A stretch of DNA of 64,000 nucleotides, from the NCBI GenBank assembly GCA_963790475.1, contig CAWBOS010000013.1:1-64000 (forward strand), written 5' to 3'. Below, piece after piece: positions 1 to 10,209 of the stretch (its first letter is position 1; each line of letters opens with the position of its first letter). The notes beneath the pieces are model-generated. The model had not been told where the DNA came from. It saw nothing but the letters and a program-made list of their open reading frames with translations, and searched no databases. This stretch comes from an uncultured delta proteobacterium (GTDB taxonomy: Bacteria > Desulfobacterota > RBG-13-43-22). The position numbers were made by a program, and so were the translations under genes.

Positions 1-89
1 GTTCCCTTGACAAAGAATTAACTTCTCCTTACATTGAGGGCAGATGATTTTCCTCTTAAAGATTATTATCTCAACCCAAAAACACGGAG

Positions 90-1166
90 GTGGAGTCCAT
101 GCCCAGAGTTTTGATACATCCGGCATCTTATGACGATTGTCGTCAGGCCGTAGATCAAGCCTTCCAACTTTTCCCTTTGGAGATCACGGGGAAAAAGGTC
201 TTGATCAAACCCAATGTACTTCGAAGTGCAGAACCCCGGGAAGGCATCACCACCCATCCGGCGGTGCTGCGGGCCGTAGTGGAAAAGGTGGAAACGCTGA
301 AACCCTCATCCATTGTAGTAGGAGATAATCCGGGCATGTTCAGTTACGGCCAAAACGAGGCCTCTTTTCAGAAGTCCGGTTTATTGGAAGCCTCAAAAGG
401 ATATTATCGCAATATCGGGAATGATTCCGTATCGAAAGACTTTAATCCCGACTTTATGGCCAAAGTGGGCCTCTCACGGGAAGTGGTTGAGGCCGATATC
501 ATTATCAGTCTCCCCAAGTTCAAGACCCATGGTTTAACCGTCGTTACCGGGGCGATCAAAAATAGTTACGGTTTTTTGCCCGGTGCTCAGAAGGCCAAAT
601 TGCACAAGGAGGCCGGCGATCCTGAACGGTTCAATGAACTTTTGGTTGAGGTTTTCCGACTCCGGATCCCCGATCTGTTTCTGGTTGATGCCGTGGTTGG
701 AATGGAGGGCAACGGCCCGGCCTCACCGGACCTGAGGGACATCGGCCTGATTCTGGCTGCCGATAACGCCGTGGCCTTGGATGCGGTTATTGCCGTCATG
801 ATGGGTTGTGAACCCGGGCGGCTGCGATTCCTCCAGAAAGCCAAAGAGATGGGATTGGGGGATTATACGTTAAAGACTATTGAAATCATCGGAACCCTGA
901 CCCCCATTCCCGATTTCAAGATTCCGGCCCTAGGCGGACAGGCGAGTGTAAATAATCCGGCGGTACAGGCCTTTATTGAAAGCCGGAGCCGATTGAAACC
1001 CAAGGCCGATCCTCAGTTGTGCACGGCCTGCGGCACCTGTGTCGATCAGTGTGCGGTGTCGGCCTTGTCCATGGACGAAGGCCTTCCTGTCGTAGACGCC
1101 GACACCTGCATCACCTGCTTTTGCTGTCAGGAGATGTGCCCGGAAAAGGCCATTGCCCTGACCTAA
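90..1166 (+). CDS. DUF362 family protein with C-terminal 2x[4Fe-4S] ferredoxin domain
   Basis: KVLIKPN, THPAV and ISLPKFKTH motifs; C-terminal CxxCxxCxxxC twice. Confidence 0.88.
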   Translation: MESMPRVLIHPASYDDCRQAVDQAFQLFPLEITGKKVLIKPNVLRSAEPREGITTHPAVLRAVVEKVETLKPSSIVVGDNPGMFSYGQNEASFQKSGLLEASKGYYRNIGNDSVSKDFNPDFMAKVGLSREVVEADIIISLPKFKTHGLTVVTGAIKNSYGFLPGAQKAKLHKEAGDPERFNELLVEVFRLRIPDLFLVDAVVGMEGNGPASPDLRDIGLILAADNAVALDAVIAVMMGCEPGRLRFLQKAKEMGLGDYTLKTIEIIGTLTPIPDFKIPALGGQASVNNPAVQAFIESRSRLKPKADPQLCTACGTCVDQCAVSALSMDEGLPVVDADTCITCFCCQEMCPEKAIALT

Positions 1167-1229
1167 CCGGCTCGCCATAGTCCTTCATAGCCTGCTATAG
1201 AAGGTGGCTGAAGCTTAAAAAAATAGGTA

Positions 1230-1415
1230 CTAACTTCTTGCGGGATAGCCCACGGATTGCCCGAAAAGAGCCCGCTGCTCCGGCCGCAGATTTAACACGG
1301 CAGCCAATTCCTCCCTTTCGCAATTATGGAACCAGGCCACCAGCCCATGAGAGGCCGCGAATAGATATACATTTTGGGCGATTAAACCGGTGTCGGTATA
1401 ATAATAGGATTTCTG
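1230..1415 (-). pseudogene. C-terminal remnant of a SagB/nitroreductase-family gene
   Basis: Minus strand reads, across frameshifts, DTGLIAQNVYLF..AASHGLVAWFHNC..LNLRPEQRALFGQSVGYP; no N-terminus. Confidence 0.55.
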
Positions 1416-1418
1416 GAC

Positions 1419-2186
1419 TTATTTTTTCTGATAAACAGGGGGCCGCTTTTCCAAAAAGGCCTGCATACCCTCCCGCGGTTCCCGGGTCTGAAAACATTCC
1501 CGGAAGGCCCGGATACCCGCGGTGATGGACTCGCTTAAGTTTGATTCCATCCATTGGGCGATCAATTTTTTCTGCAGGACCATAGCCGTAGGTCCGTTCT
1601 GGAGTATTTGCTCAGCCCATTGCCGGGTAGCCTCTCTCAAGCTCACTTGAGGGACCCTTTTGTTGATCAAGCCGATACGCTCGGCCTCGGCTGCATCGAT
1701 CATTTCTCCTCTATAGACCAATGCAGCGGCACGGCCAAGTCCGATCAATCGAGGGAGGAGGCTGGCTTCGATCACCGAGGGGATGCCCACCCGGACTTCA
1801 GGCATGCCAAAACGGGCATTATCCGAGGCCAGCCGCAAGTCACAGGAGGCGGCCATTTCCAGCCCTCCCCCAAGAGCAAAACCATTGATCGAAGCCAGGA
1901 CTATGGGTTCGGCCTGCCGGATCGCCAGAAAACAACGATGCAGATCGGTAATGAATCGCTCGGCCCCCTCCGGGTCCAAATCCATCATAGCCCGCACATC
2001 CACCCCCCCGATAAAGGCCCGGTCACCGCTTCCGGTAAGGATCATAAGGCGGATCCCTTTCCCGTCGCTCCATTCCTTAATAATTTCGATCAGGACCAAA
2101 ATCAATTCGTGCGTCAGGGTATTTAACGATTGGGGGCGATTGATGGTAATGGTTACCAGAGCCCCTTCCCGGTCGACTAATATCAT
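1419..2186 (-). CDS. Enoyl-CoA hydratase/isomerase (crotonase family)
   Basis: INRPQSLN, INGFALGGGLE and FGMPEVRVG motifs. Confidence 0.92.
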   Translation of the reverse strand: MILVDREGALVTITINRPQSLNTLTHELILVLIEIIKEWSDGKGIRLMILTGSGDRAFIGGVDVRAMMDLDPEGAERFITDLHRCFLAIRQAEPIVLASINGFALGGGLEMAASCDLRLASDNARFGMPEVRVGIPSVIEASLLPRLIGLGRAAALVYRGEMIDAAEAERIGLINKRVPQVSLREATRQWAEQILQNGPTAMVLQKKLIAQWMESNLSESITAGIRAFRECFQTREPREGMQAFLEKRPPVYQKK

Positions 2187-2451
2187 GTTGCTCCTTTGGT
2201 TAGTTTAGGGTTTTTTTGAACAATAGGGCCTTTGTCGGGCTACTTCACAGACCGGCCTTTTCGGTTGGGATTGACGGAGTATGAATCTAATTTTTAAAGT
2301 AATCAATTTAAAACATATCCATCCCTTAAAGTCAATTCCCAACCCGGAATGTTCCTGGATACCAATAAAAAAGAGGAAAGGATTGACATTTTGAGAGATC
2401 ATTAATATAACAGGCTGCATCGATACTTTCATACCAAGGAGACCGCAGACC

Positions 2452-3522
2452 ATGGAGAAATCCATTTTAATCAAACCCACCCAAACCCCCAAGCCCAAAC
2501 CGGACCAAAACAATTTGGGGTTCGGACATTATTTTACCGATCATATGTTTGTAATGGATTATTCCACGGAAAAAGGCTGGTATGGTCCCCGGATCATTCC
2601 CTATGCCCCTTTGGAACTGGAGCCTTCCACGATGGTCTTTCACTACGGTCAGATTATCTTTGAAGGACTGAAGGCTTACCGGACGGAGGATGGCAGGGTG
2701 TTATTATTCCGCCCGGGAAAAAATCTAGAACGGATCAATCGATCCAATGAACGCCTTTGTATTCCGCCTTTGGACCCCGGATTTGGAGTCAAGGCCATTA
2801 AAGCAATCGTTTCGGTGGATAAGGAATGGGTGCCGGCCGTGGAGGGGACCTCTTTATATATCCGTCCTTTTATCATTCCTACCGACCCCTACTTGGGGGT
2901 GCGGCCTTCCAACACCTATCAATTCATTATCATTTTAAGTCCGGTGGGGGCCTATTATCCCGAGGGGATCAATCCGGTGAAGATTTTTGTGGAGAACAAA
3001 TATGTCCGGGCCGCCAAAGGCGGAATCGGGTGCGCCAAAACACCGGGGAATTATGCCGCCAGCCTCAAGGCCCAGGTGGAGGCCAACCAAAAAGGATTTA
3101 CCCAGGTATTATGGTTAGACGGGGTGGAAAAGAAATACGTGGAAGAAGTGGGCACCATGAACGTCTTCTTCAAAATCAAAGGAGAGGTGATTACCCCGAT
3201 TCTGGAAGACAGTATTCTTGCCGGGATAACCCGGGATTCAACGCTCCAATTGCTCAAGGCCTGGGGAGTTCCGGTCCGGGAAAGGAAAATATCCATTCAG
3301 GAAATATATGACGCCCATACCGAAGGTGTGCTGGAAGAGGTCTTTGGTACGGGGACCGCGGCGGTGATTTCCCCCGTGGGAGAACTAAGCTGGAACGGTC
3401 ACCCTATCACCATAAACCGGGGGGAGATAGGAAAGTTGTCTTCAGAGCTTTACCGGACGATTACCGGTATCCAGAAGGGAATGGTACAAGACGACTTTGG
3501 CTGGACTGTAGAAGTGAAATAG
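2452..3522 (+). CDS. ilvE: Branched-chain amino acid aminotransferase
   Basis: FHYGQIIFEGLKAY, LYIRPF, KTPGNY, EEVGTMN, ILAGITR and GTGTAA motifs. Confidence 0.93.
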   Translation: MEKSILIKPTQTPKPKPDQNNLGFGHYFTDHMFVMDYSTEKGWYGPRIIPYAPLELEPSTMVFHYGQIIFEGLKAYRTEDGRVLLFRPGKNLERINRSNERLCIPPLDPGFGVKAIKAIVSVDKEWVPAVEGTSLYIRPFIIPTDPYLGVRPSNTYQFIIILSPVGAYYPEGINPVKIFVENKYVRAAKGGIGCAKTPGNYAASLKAQVEANQKGFTQVLWLDGVEKKYVEEVGTMNVFFKIKGEVITPILEDSILAGITRDSTLQLLKAWGVPVRERKISIQEIYDAHTEGVLEEVFGTGTAAVISPVGELSWNGHPITINRGEIGKLSSELYRTITGIQKGMVQDDFGWTVEVK

Positions 3523-3582
3523 ATTTTTAAAATATAAATCTGAGAATTTATCTCCGAATAGTGACTGAGTTTTGCTGTATTA

Positions 3583-3668
3583 CTCAGAATCCAGAATCCA
3601 GAATAAGACCTGAAAAATTTCTTGACGATTCATTCTATTCTGAATTCTGACTCCTGAATTCTGAATTC
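3583..3668. repeat. Inverted arrays of heptamer repeats (CAGAATC-like) between convergent genes
   Basis: cagaatccagaatccagaata ... tattctgaattctgactcctgaattctg. Confidence 0.6.
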
Positions 3669-3707
3669 AATAATTTTAGATATCTTTGGTTAATTTTTTA
3701 AAAACCC

Positions 3708-4052
3708 TTAACCTTCCAAGGCCTGTGAGATTTCATTCAGTACGTTATTGAAGGTTTCCAAAGCCTCAGACAACTCAACCTCCAGTATCTTAACCCTCTT
3801 TTTGGATTCGGTTAATTCGGACTGGATCCGGTCCACCTCCAGGGAGAGGGCCTCTTTTTCCTGGTTGGCCAACTCTAAATTTTCCTTCAAGTATTGAATC
3901 TTATCAAGAACCTCCTTTTTCCATCGATCTACGGTTTCTTTTACCGGCGGATTTTTCAAGACCCCTTCCGTTGTAGAATCTTCCACGAGATCAGGTTGTT
4001 CTCGAGGGACGGGAAAGATAGCCGGGGCATTGGCCTCATAGATATCACTCAT
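3708..4052 (-). CDS. Hypothetical coiled-coil protein, probable partner of the ParA-family ATPase
   Basis: 114-aa ORF with heptad-rich C-terminus; SD AAGGAG; 15 bp downstream of the ParA gene. Confidence 0.7.
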   Translation of the reverse strand: MSDIYEANAPAIFPVPREQPDLVEDSTTEGVLKNPPVKETVDRWKKEVLDKIQYLKENLELANQEKEALSLEVDRIQSELTESKKRVKILEVELSEALETFNNVLNEISQALEG

Positions 4053-4067
4053 GATCGATCTCCTTGT

Positions 4068-4853
4068 TCAGGTGCTTTGGTTTATAGATTGGGGAAAAAT
4101 ACTTTCTAAAAAACGGACCACAGCCTTTAGGTCCCGGGCCGCAATCGAATGGGGGGCATAGGTGGTTACGGGAATTAGTTCTCTGATGGCTTGGGAAAAT
4201 TTCGGGTCTTCCCGCACCATGACCGGCATTAAAAATTTCTGATAATACTTTATTAAGGCTTCCCGGTTCTCCCGGTCAAAAGGGCGGTGGTTGTTGAACT
4301 TATTCATCAGGACCCAAATCATCTTAAAATCATACCGAAAATCCAGGCTTGTTTTCTCCAAAAAGGTAAAAAGGGTTTTCAGACTGAGGTAGGAAAAGAC
4401 ATCGGGTAACACCGGTATGATAAGGGTCTTGGCGGCGAATAAGGCATTATGGGTAATCAAATTCAAACTGGCCCCGACATCGATAAGGACCCAATCATAA
4501 GGAAAGGGGACCATGGCCGACAAGGCGTCTTTTAATTTCCACTCCCTCCAGGGCTGGGACATCAAGGCCGTATTCAAAAAAAGATGGTCCCCCGTGGCCG
4601 GAATCAAAGAAAGCTTGGGGTGGGAAGTAGGGATAATCGACCCCGCCAGGGATTGCTCCTGGATCAGGCATTGATACAATGGGGCTTGGCTTTTCGCCGG
4701 CTGTCCTAGCAGCGATTGAGTTAAATGACCTTGCGGGTCCAGGTCGATCATCAAAACGGGATGCCCATTTTCAGCCAAAAGCCGGCCCAAGGAACTGCAC
4801 AGGGTTGTTTTCCCGGTCCCTCCTTTTAGACTGAAAAAAGTGATGGCTTGCAT
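4068..4853 (-). CDS. ParA/Soj-family ATPase
   Basis: Deviant Walker A KGGTGKTT, IDLDPQG and WVLID. Confidence 0.9.
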   Translation of the reverse strand: MQAITFFSLKGGTGKTTLCSSLGRLLAENGHPVLMIDLDPQGHLTQSLLGQPAKSQAPLYQCLIQEQSLAGSIIPTSHPKLSLIPATGDHLFLNTALMSQPWREWKLKDALSAMVPFPYDWVLIDVGASLNLITHNALFAAKTLIIPVLPDVFSYLSLKTLFTFLEKTSLDFRYDFKMIWVLMNKFNNHRPFDRENREALIKYYQKFLMPVMVREDPKFSQAIRELIPVTTYAPHSIAARDLKAVVRFLESIFPQSINQST

Positions 4854-4881
4854 TAATTTTCCTCCCCCCGGTGTAAGAGAA

Positions 4882-4969
4882 AATGGGGTAATGGAGTACC
4901 GGAGTAATGGGGTATTGCGTCTTTCAAACCATATTCCATCACTCCATTACTCCAACACTCCAAAATACC
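4882..4969. repeat. Inverted octamer-repeat element (GGAGTAAT/ATTACTCC-like)
   Basis: atggggtaatggagtaccggagtaatggggtattg ... ccatcactccattactccaacactcc. Confidence 0.6.
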
Positions 4970-5029
4970 TGATTCAGAAATCTAACTTTGAATTCATCTC
5001 TTATTTTTTATCATTTCCTTTTTTTAAAT

Positions 5030-6061
5030 TCAGTTCCCTTCAAACAGATTGGCCTGAATTTCCTGGGGGACTTTTTTCCCGAAATGTCCATAGGCCAGGG
5101 GAGTGGCTACCCTCCCCCTGTGCGTCCGATTCAAAAATCCGCACTGGATTAAAAAGGGCTCATAAACATCCTCCAGGGTGTCTCTTTCCTCGCCCAGGGC
5201 TACGGAAAGGGCCTCGACTCCCACAGGGCCTCCATTGAATTTTTCGATGATGGTCAGTAATATCTTGCGGTCCATCTTATCCAGACCCAACCGGTCCACT
5301 TCCAGCATCTTCAGGGCTTCCTGAGCCACCTTAAGGGTGATGCACCCCTTGGCTTTAACCTGGGCAAAGTCCCTGACCCGCTTGAGAATCCGGTTGGCCA
5401 CCCGGGGCGTTCCCCGGGACCGTCGGGCAATCTCCATGATCCCGGCCTCTTCTACGGGAATCTTCAGAATCTCCGCTGAACGAAAGAGAATGATTTTCAA
5501 CTCTTCGGAAGAATAGAAGTCCACCCTCAGGACCACCCCGAACCGATCCCGCAACGGGGGCGTGAGCAAACCGGCCCGAGTCGTCGCCCCGATCAAGGTG
5601 AACTTTGGCAGATCCAGCTTGATGGAACGGGCACTGGGTCCCTGCCCGATCATGATATCCAATTGAAAATCTTCCATGGCCGGATAGAGTATTTCTTCCA
5701 CGACATGATTGAGTCGATGGATCTCATCAATAAACAGGCAATCCTGGGAATGCAAATTAGTCAATAGGGCCGCCAGGTCTCCCGGCCGCTCGATCACCGG
5801 TCCTGAGGTACCTTTCAGATTGACCTTCAGCTCCTGGGCAATAATATTAGCCAGGGTGGTCTTGCCCAATCCGGGGAATCCGTAGAGGAGTACATGATCC
5901 AGGGCCTCTCCCCGTTCCAGGGCCGCCTGGATAAAGACCTTTAAATTGTTCTTGACCTCTTCCTGTCCGATGAATTCCGATAGACCTTTGGGTCGCAGCC
6001 CGACTTCCAAACGGATTTCTTCTTCGGTTAATTCGGGATTGATAATTCGTTCAGGCTTCAT
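5030..6061 (-). CDS. ruvB: Holliday junction branch migration helicase RuvB
   Basis: [32 protein letters not shown] and PLRDRFG. Confidence 0.97.
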   Translation of the reverse strand: MKPERIINPELTEEEIRLEVGLRPKGLSEFIGQEEVKNNLKVFIQAALERGEALDHVLLYGFPGLGKTTLANIIAQELKVNLKGTSGPVIERPGDLAALLTNLHSQDCLFIDEIHRLNHVVEEILYPAMEDFQLDIMIGQGPSARSIKLDLPKFTLIGATTRAGLLTPPLRDRFGVVLRVDFYSSEELKIILFRSAEILKIPVEEAGIMEIARRSRGTPRVANRILKRVRDFAQVKAKGCITLKVAQEALKMLEVDRLGLDKMDRKILLTIIEKFNGGPVGVEALSVALGEERDTLEDVYEPFLIQCGFLNRTHRGRVATPLAYGHFGKKVPQEIQANLFEGN

Positions 6062-6660
6062 CTGGATAATGACTTCAGGGCCTTTCGCAGGAGTTCTTCA
6101 AGGGAAATCGGTTCTTCCGTTTCAATTTTTATCTGCCCCAATGCCTTCTCGGCCATGGCCCGGGTATATCCCAGGTTCACCAAGGCGGAAACGGCGTCCT
6201 CGAAGGGGGCTCTCTCTTCGACGCCCCGGACCAATGAAGGCAAAGACCCCAGGCTTAATTTTTTTATCTTGTCTTTCAATTCCAGGACAATCCGTTCCGC
6301 GGTCTTCTTTCCTACCCCCGGTATCCTTTGAATCCGGGCGCTGTCTTCGGCCAAGAGGGCCTGGCCTAATTCCTGGGAAGAAATACCGGAAAGGATGTTC
6401 AAGGCCACCTTGGGACCGATGCCGGAGACGCCGAGGAGGAGCAGAAAAATTTCCTTCTCCTGTGCGGTCAGGAAACCAAAAAGCAAAATGGCGTCCTGGC
6501 GGACATGGGTATGAATATGGAGTTGGACCCCTTGATCGACTGCCGGCAGGTCATAAAAAGAAGAAAGAGGAACCGCCACTTGATATCCGATCCCCTGGGC
6601 CGAGACTATGATCGATTCAGGAGATTTGAATAATAAGCGGCCTTCGAGAAAAGCGATCAT
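6058..6660 (-). CDS. ruvA: Holliday junction branch migration protein RuvA
   Basis: MIAFLEG, GIGY, VSGIGPK and [17 protein letters not shown]; synteny with ruvB and ruvC. Confidence 0.96.
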   Translation of the reverse strand: MIAFLEGRLLFKSPESIIVSAQGIGYQVAVPLSSFYDLPAVDQGVQLHIHTHVRQDAILLFGFLTAQEKEIFLLLLGVSGIGPKVALNILSGISSQELGQALLAEDSARIQRIPGVGKKTAERIVLELKDKIKKLSLGSLPSLVRGVEERAPFEDAVSALVNLGYTRAMAEKALGQIKIETEEPISLEELLRKALKSLSR

Positions 6661-6667
6661 TTTTTCC

Positions 6668-7177
6668 CTACTTTTTCATTGTTCCGTCAGTCGGGTAAAA
6701 CCAATTTAAATGACAAATCCCCGCGGCCAGGGCGTCGGAAACATCTTGGTTTTGGATGGAGGGGATCCCCAATAAGATTTTAACCATCTCCTGGACTTGC
6801 TTTTTGTCGGCCCGTCCGTATCCGGTGACCGCCTGCTTAATTTCCAAAGGACTGTACTCAAAAACCTCCAACCCCGACTCCACCGCGGTCAACAAGACCA
6901 CCCCCCGAACGTGGCCCAGGGTAAGGGCGCTCTGGACGTTCTTGGCAAAAAAAACCTTTTCCACCGCCAGATCGGTGGGCCGGAAATCTTCAATGACCTG
7001 TTGCAGGGTTTGATGCACCTGTTTAAGCCGCAGAGAAAGTGAAGGGGAAGGGGTCAGGCGGACAAATCCGCTGTGAATATGTCTGATCCGGGCCCCTTTT
7101 TTTTCCAAAACCCCGAATCCGGTTATCTGGGAACCCGGATCGATACCGAGGGTGCGGCCGGGTTGCCGACAGGTCAT
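6668..7177 (-). CDS. ruvC: Crossover junction endodeoxyribonuclease RuvC
   Basis: LGIDPG, AVEKVF, IKQAVTGYGRADK and DVSDALA. Confidence 0.96.
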   Translation of the reverse strand: MTCRQPGRTLGIDPGSQITGFGVLEKKGARIRHIHSGFVRLTPSPSLSLRLKQVHQTLQQVIEDFRPTDLAVEKVFFAKNVQSALTLGHVRGVVLLTAVESGLEVFEYSPLEIKQAVTGYGRADKKQVQEMVKILLGIPSIQNQDVSDALAAGICHLNWFYPTDGTMKK

Positions 7178-7180
7178 CCT

Positions 7181-7927
7181 TTAGCCCAGGGCCTCCATGA
7201 CCTTATCCGAGATGTCGAAATTGGCATAGACATTCTGGACATCGTCATTCTCCTCCAGGGCCTCCATCATGCGGATCATCTGTTCGGCGTTTTTTCCTTC
7301 GAGGTTTACGGTATTCTTGGGTAGCATGGTCAATTCCGCCACCAGGGGGGTCCATTTTTTTTCTTCCAGGGCTGAGCGGATTTTTTCGAAGTTTTCCAGG
7401 GAGGTGATCACTTCCCATTCGTTCTCCTGTTCCCGAATATCATCCACCCCGGCCTCCAATCCCCACTCCATCAAGGTCTCTTCATCGATTTTACTCTTTT
7501 CAAAAACAATATATCCTTTTTTTTCAAACATCCAGGCTACACACCCGGTTTCCCCCATGCTTCCCCCGTTCTTGGTAAAGATGTGACGGATGTCGGCTAC
7601 GGTCCTGTTTTTATTGTCCGTCAACACCTGGGCCAGAATGGCCACCCCGCCGGGTCCGTATCCTTCATACATAATTTCTTCATAGGCCACCCCATCTGCC
7701 CCACCGCTCCCCTTTTTAATGGCCCGATCAATATTATCCTTGGGCATGTTTTCACTTTTGGCCAGGGCGATGGCGGCCCGCAGCCTTGGATTGCCCTCCG
7801 GGTCCCCTCCCCCGGCTCGGGCGGCAACCGTAATCTCTTTGATGACCTTGGAAAAAACCTTTCCCCGTTTGGCATCAGCAGCCCCTTTTTTTCGTTTTAT
7901 CGTACTCCATTTGGAATGCCCGGACAT
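7181..7927 (-). CDS. yebC: YebC/PmpR family protein
   Basis: [29 protein letters not shown]; usual position upstream of ruvC. Confidence 0.96.
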   Translation of the reverse strand: MSGHSKWSTIKRKKGAADAKRGKVFSKVIKEITVAARAGGGDPEGNPRLRAAIALAKSENMPKDNIDRAIKKGSGGADGVAYEEIMYEGYGPGGVAILAQVLTDNKNRTVADIRHIFTKNGGSMGETGCVAWMFEKKGYIVFEKSKIDEETLMEWGLEAGVDDIREQENEWEVITSLENFEKIRSALEEKKWTPLVAELTMLPKNTVNLEGKNAEQMIRMMEALEENDDVQNVYANFDISDKVMEALG

Positions 7928-7942
7928 ACTTCCTCCTTAAAA

Positions 7943-8075
7943 TGATGAATTCGTAAGAAATCGCAGGAAGCCTGTTTCCGTCATTCCGGCGAAAGCCGGA
8001 ATCCAGTGTTTTAAGCATTGATAATTTCTTGGACCCCGGCTTTCGCCGGGGTGACGACTTTTTACGAACTTGTCA
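7943..8075. repeat. REP/MITE-like palindromic element, copy 1 (GTCATTCCGGCGAAAGCCGGAATCCA family)
   Basis: Terminal IR tcgtaagaaatcg/cgactttttacga enclosing two GC hairpins; second copy at 19698-19822. Confidence 0.8.
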
Positions 8076-8096
8076 ATAATTGCCTAATGAACTTCA

Positions 8097-8687
8097 TTAT
8101 CCTTTAAAGCGTTGCCCGATCAGATAGACTTCCGGACTTTCGCGTCGCGAGCTTTTGGGTTTGTGAATTCGGACCTGTTCAAAATGATTGGTCATTTTCT
8201 TAATAAAATCTTTAGTCCCTTCCCCTTCAAATTGCTTTATAACTGCCGCCCCTCCTTTTATTAAAACAAGAAAACCGATTTCCAGTGCCCGGAGGTTTAA
8301 TTCCAGAGAACGCTGGTGATCGAGCCATTTGATACCGCTTGTTTTAGGGGAGAGATCGCTCAAAACCAGGTCTGCCTGACCGGCCCATTCCTGGATGGTA
8401 TTATCCGGGACGGTCAAAAGATCGGTCTGCAGAAATAAAATATTGGGAGAGAGAGGAATCATCGGCTTTTTTAAATCCACCCCCAATACCAGACCGAGCG
8501 GTCCCACAGACTCCGAACAAAATTTGAGCCAGGAACCGGGATGACATCCCAAATCGACTATACGCTGCCCTGGTCGAATCAGCTTAAATTTGTCCTGGAT
8601 CTCTTTTAATTTATAAACCGACCGGGCAGGATATCCCTCTTCCTTGGCTCTAACCCCGTAAGAGTCTTTTTGACCAGGACGAGCCAT
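8097..8687 (-). CDS. rlmE: 23S rRNA 2'-O-methyltransferase RlmE/FtsJ
   Basis: GYPARSVYKL, VDLGCHPGSW, VLSDLSP and KPKSSRRES.EVY. Confidence 0.92.
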   Translation of the reverse strand: MARPGQKDSYGVRAKEEGYPARSVYKLKEIQDKFKLIRPGQRIVDLGCHPGSWLKFCSESVGPLGLVLGVDLKKPMIPLSPNILFLQTDLLTVPDNTIQEWAGQADLVLSDLSPKTSGIKWLDHQRSLELNLRALEIGFLVLIKGGAAVIKQFEGEGTKDFIKKMTNHFEQVRIHKPKSSRRESPEVYLIGQRFKG

Positions 8688-8968
8688 GTCAATTAATTCC
8701 AAAAACCGGGAAATCTTTAAAAAACTCCATAATAAATCAAGACATAATAATCATAAGTTCCGTTGTTTTGCAATGATAAAAAAACAATCCTGGGGGATCT
8801 TTTCAGGCCCTTTGAATCAATTTATTTTTTCCCGAGGTTCAGAAAGAACAATAAAATCAGCTGCCGGCAGACCTTCGTAATACGAAAAATTACCTGGGAT
8901 TCCGAGGAGAAACGAACGAAAAAGGATGGGTTTCAAAGCTTCGGTTTGGTGGAAGAAAGAGAGAGGAC

Positions 8969-9154
8969 TTAACTGTTTTTCTTTTGCCAGTATTCCCTGA
9001 ATTCGTGAGCATACTTTTGGACCCAGTCCCAAACCGCTTTGTCGCCCAGGTCATATCCGGCTTTTTCCGATTCGATCCATTTATGTTTTAAAATTTCTTC
9101 CAATTCCTTACGCAATATTTCCGATTGTGTCATTTTTTTGCTATTGTCCCCCAT
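8969..9154 (-). CDS. Small conserved hypothetical protein (DUF4032-like HKW..SEKAG.DLG motif)
   Basis: EILKHKWIESEKAGYDLG..AVWDW; follows radC. Confidence 0.65.
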   Translation of the reverse strand: MGDNSKKMTQSEILRKELEEILKHKWIESEKAGYDLGDKAVWDWVQKYAHEFREYWQKKNS

Positions 9155-9162
9155 GTTCTTTT

Positions 9163-9855
9163 TTAAATCAGGTTATTCTCTAAAAAACTGAAATGACCTT
9201 CCTGCCCTATAATCAAATGATCATGGACCTTAATTTGTAAATTCCTGGCCGCCTGAGTCAAAGTCCTGGTCAATTCCCGGTCTTCCGGAGAAGGATAGGG
9301 AGAACCGCCGGGATGATTATGGACCAGTATTAAAGCGGTGGCTTTTAACCGGATGGCGCTCTCCATGACCTTTCGAGGATAGACTACGGTTTGATCCACC
9401 GTTCCCTCCTGCAAAACCTCTTCTTCAATAACCTGATTTCGGGTATTCAGATAAATCATTCGAAACTGTTCGTCTTTCAGCCAGCCCATCTTGGACTGAC
9501 AATAAGTCAGCAGATCTCCGGGTGAAGTAATCACATCCTGAGATTTAAGGAAACGATCCCGAAGATACCGCTCGGAGGCGGCTTTAATCAATTTGAAGAG
9601 CAGAGCGCTGTGTTCGCCAAGCCCTTCAACTTCTTTTAATTTTTCAACAGGGGCCTCTACGATCCCCCGCAACGAACCAAAAATCCGAATTAAATCCTTG
9701 GCCAGGGGTTTGGTATCCTTCTGGGCCAGGGCATAGGTTAAAATAAATTCCACAACCTCATAGTCTTTAAATGTATCCAACCCCGCCTGGGAAAAGCGGT
9801 CTTTTAACCGTTTTCGATGACCTACATAGTGGGGAACTTCTTTATTCTGAGGAAT
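9163..9855 (-). CDS. radC: RadC/JAB-domain protein (start uncertain; possibly ATT at 9855)
   Basis: GHRKRLK, HhH region, VYPRKV, HNHPGG...PS.ED and HDHLII. Confidence 0.9.
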   Translation of the reverse strand: MPQNKEVPHYVGHRKRLKDRFSQAGLDTFKDYEVVEFILTYALAQKDTKPLAKDLIRIFGSLRGIVEAPVEKLKEVEGLGEHSALLFKLIKAASERYLRDRFLKSQDVITSPGDLLTYCQSKMGWLKDEQFRMIYLNTRNQVIEEEVLQEGTVDQTVVYPRKVMESAIRLKATALILVHNHPGGSPYPSPEDRELTRTLTQAARNLQIKVHDHLIIGQEGHFSFLENNLI

Positions 9856-10209
9856 AAAAAAACCTCCCTTTTTATGAACCCGAGGTCCGTAATCCCTGTT
9901 GGAAACACCCTTTTCAGAAATCAAAGGGCCTTTAAAATCGGTTATAATATCATAGCTAATTTAGAAAAAACAATTATTTTTTTTAAAATTGAAAAGAGGG
10001 CCGGACTCTTCCAAAACCTCATATTATGTTCCCAGACCGTCTTGAACCGGCCTCCTGACCATGGCCAGGCCCTAACCAGCAAATAGGGCATCCGGTTTTT
10101 CTCTTTGACGAAGTCCCGGGGAGACGATACTATGAAGTCCACAGTAACACGCCATTCGGTCCCCTGATTGGGGAGAGCGGAGACCGATTAATGCCTCAGG
10201 AGGGTTAAA

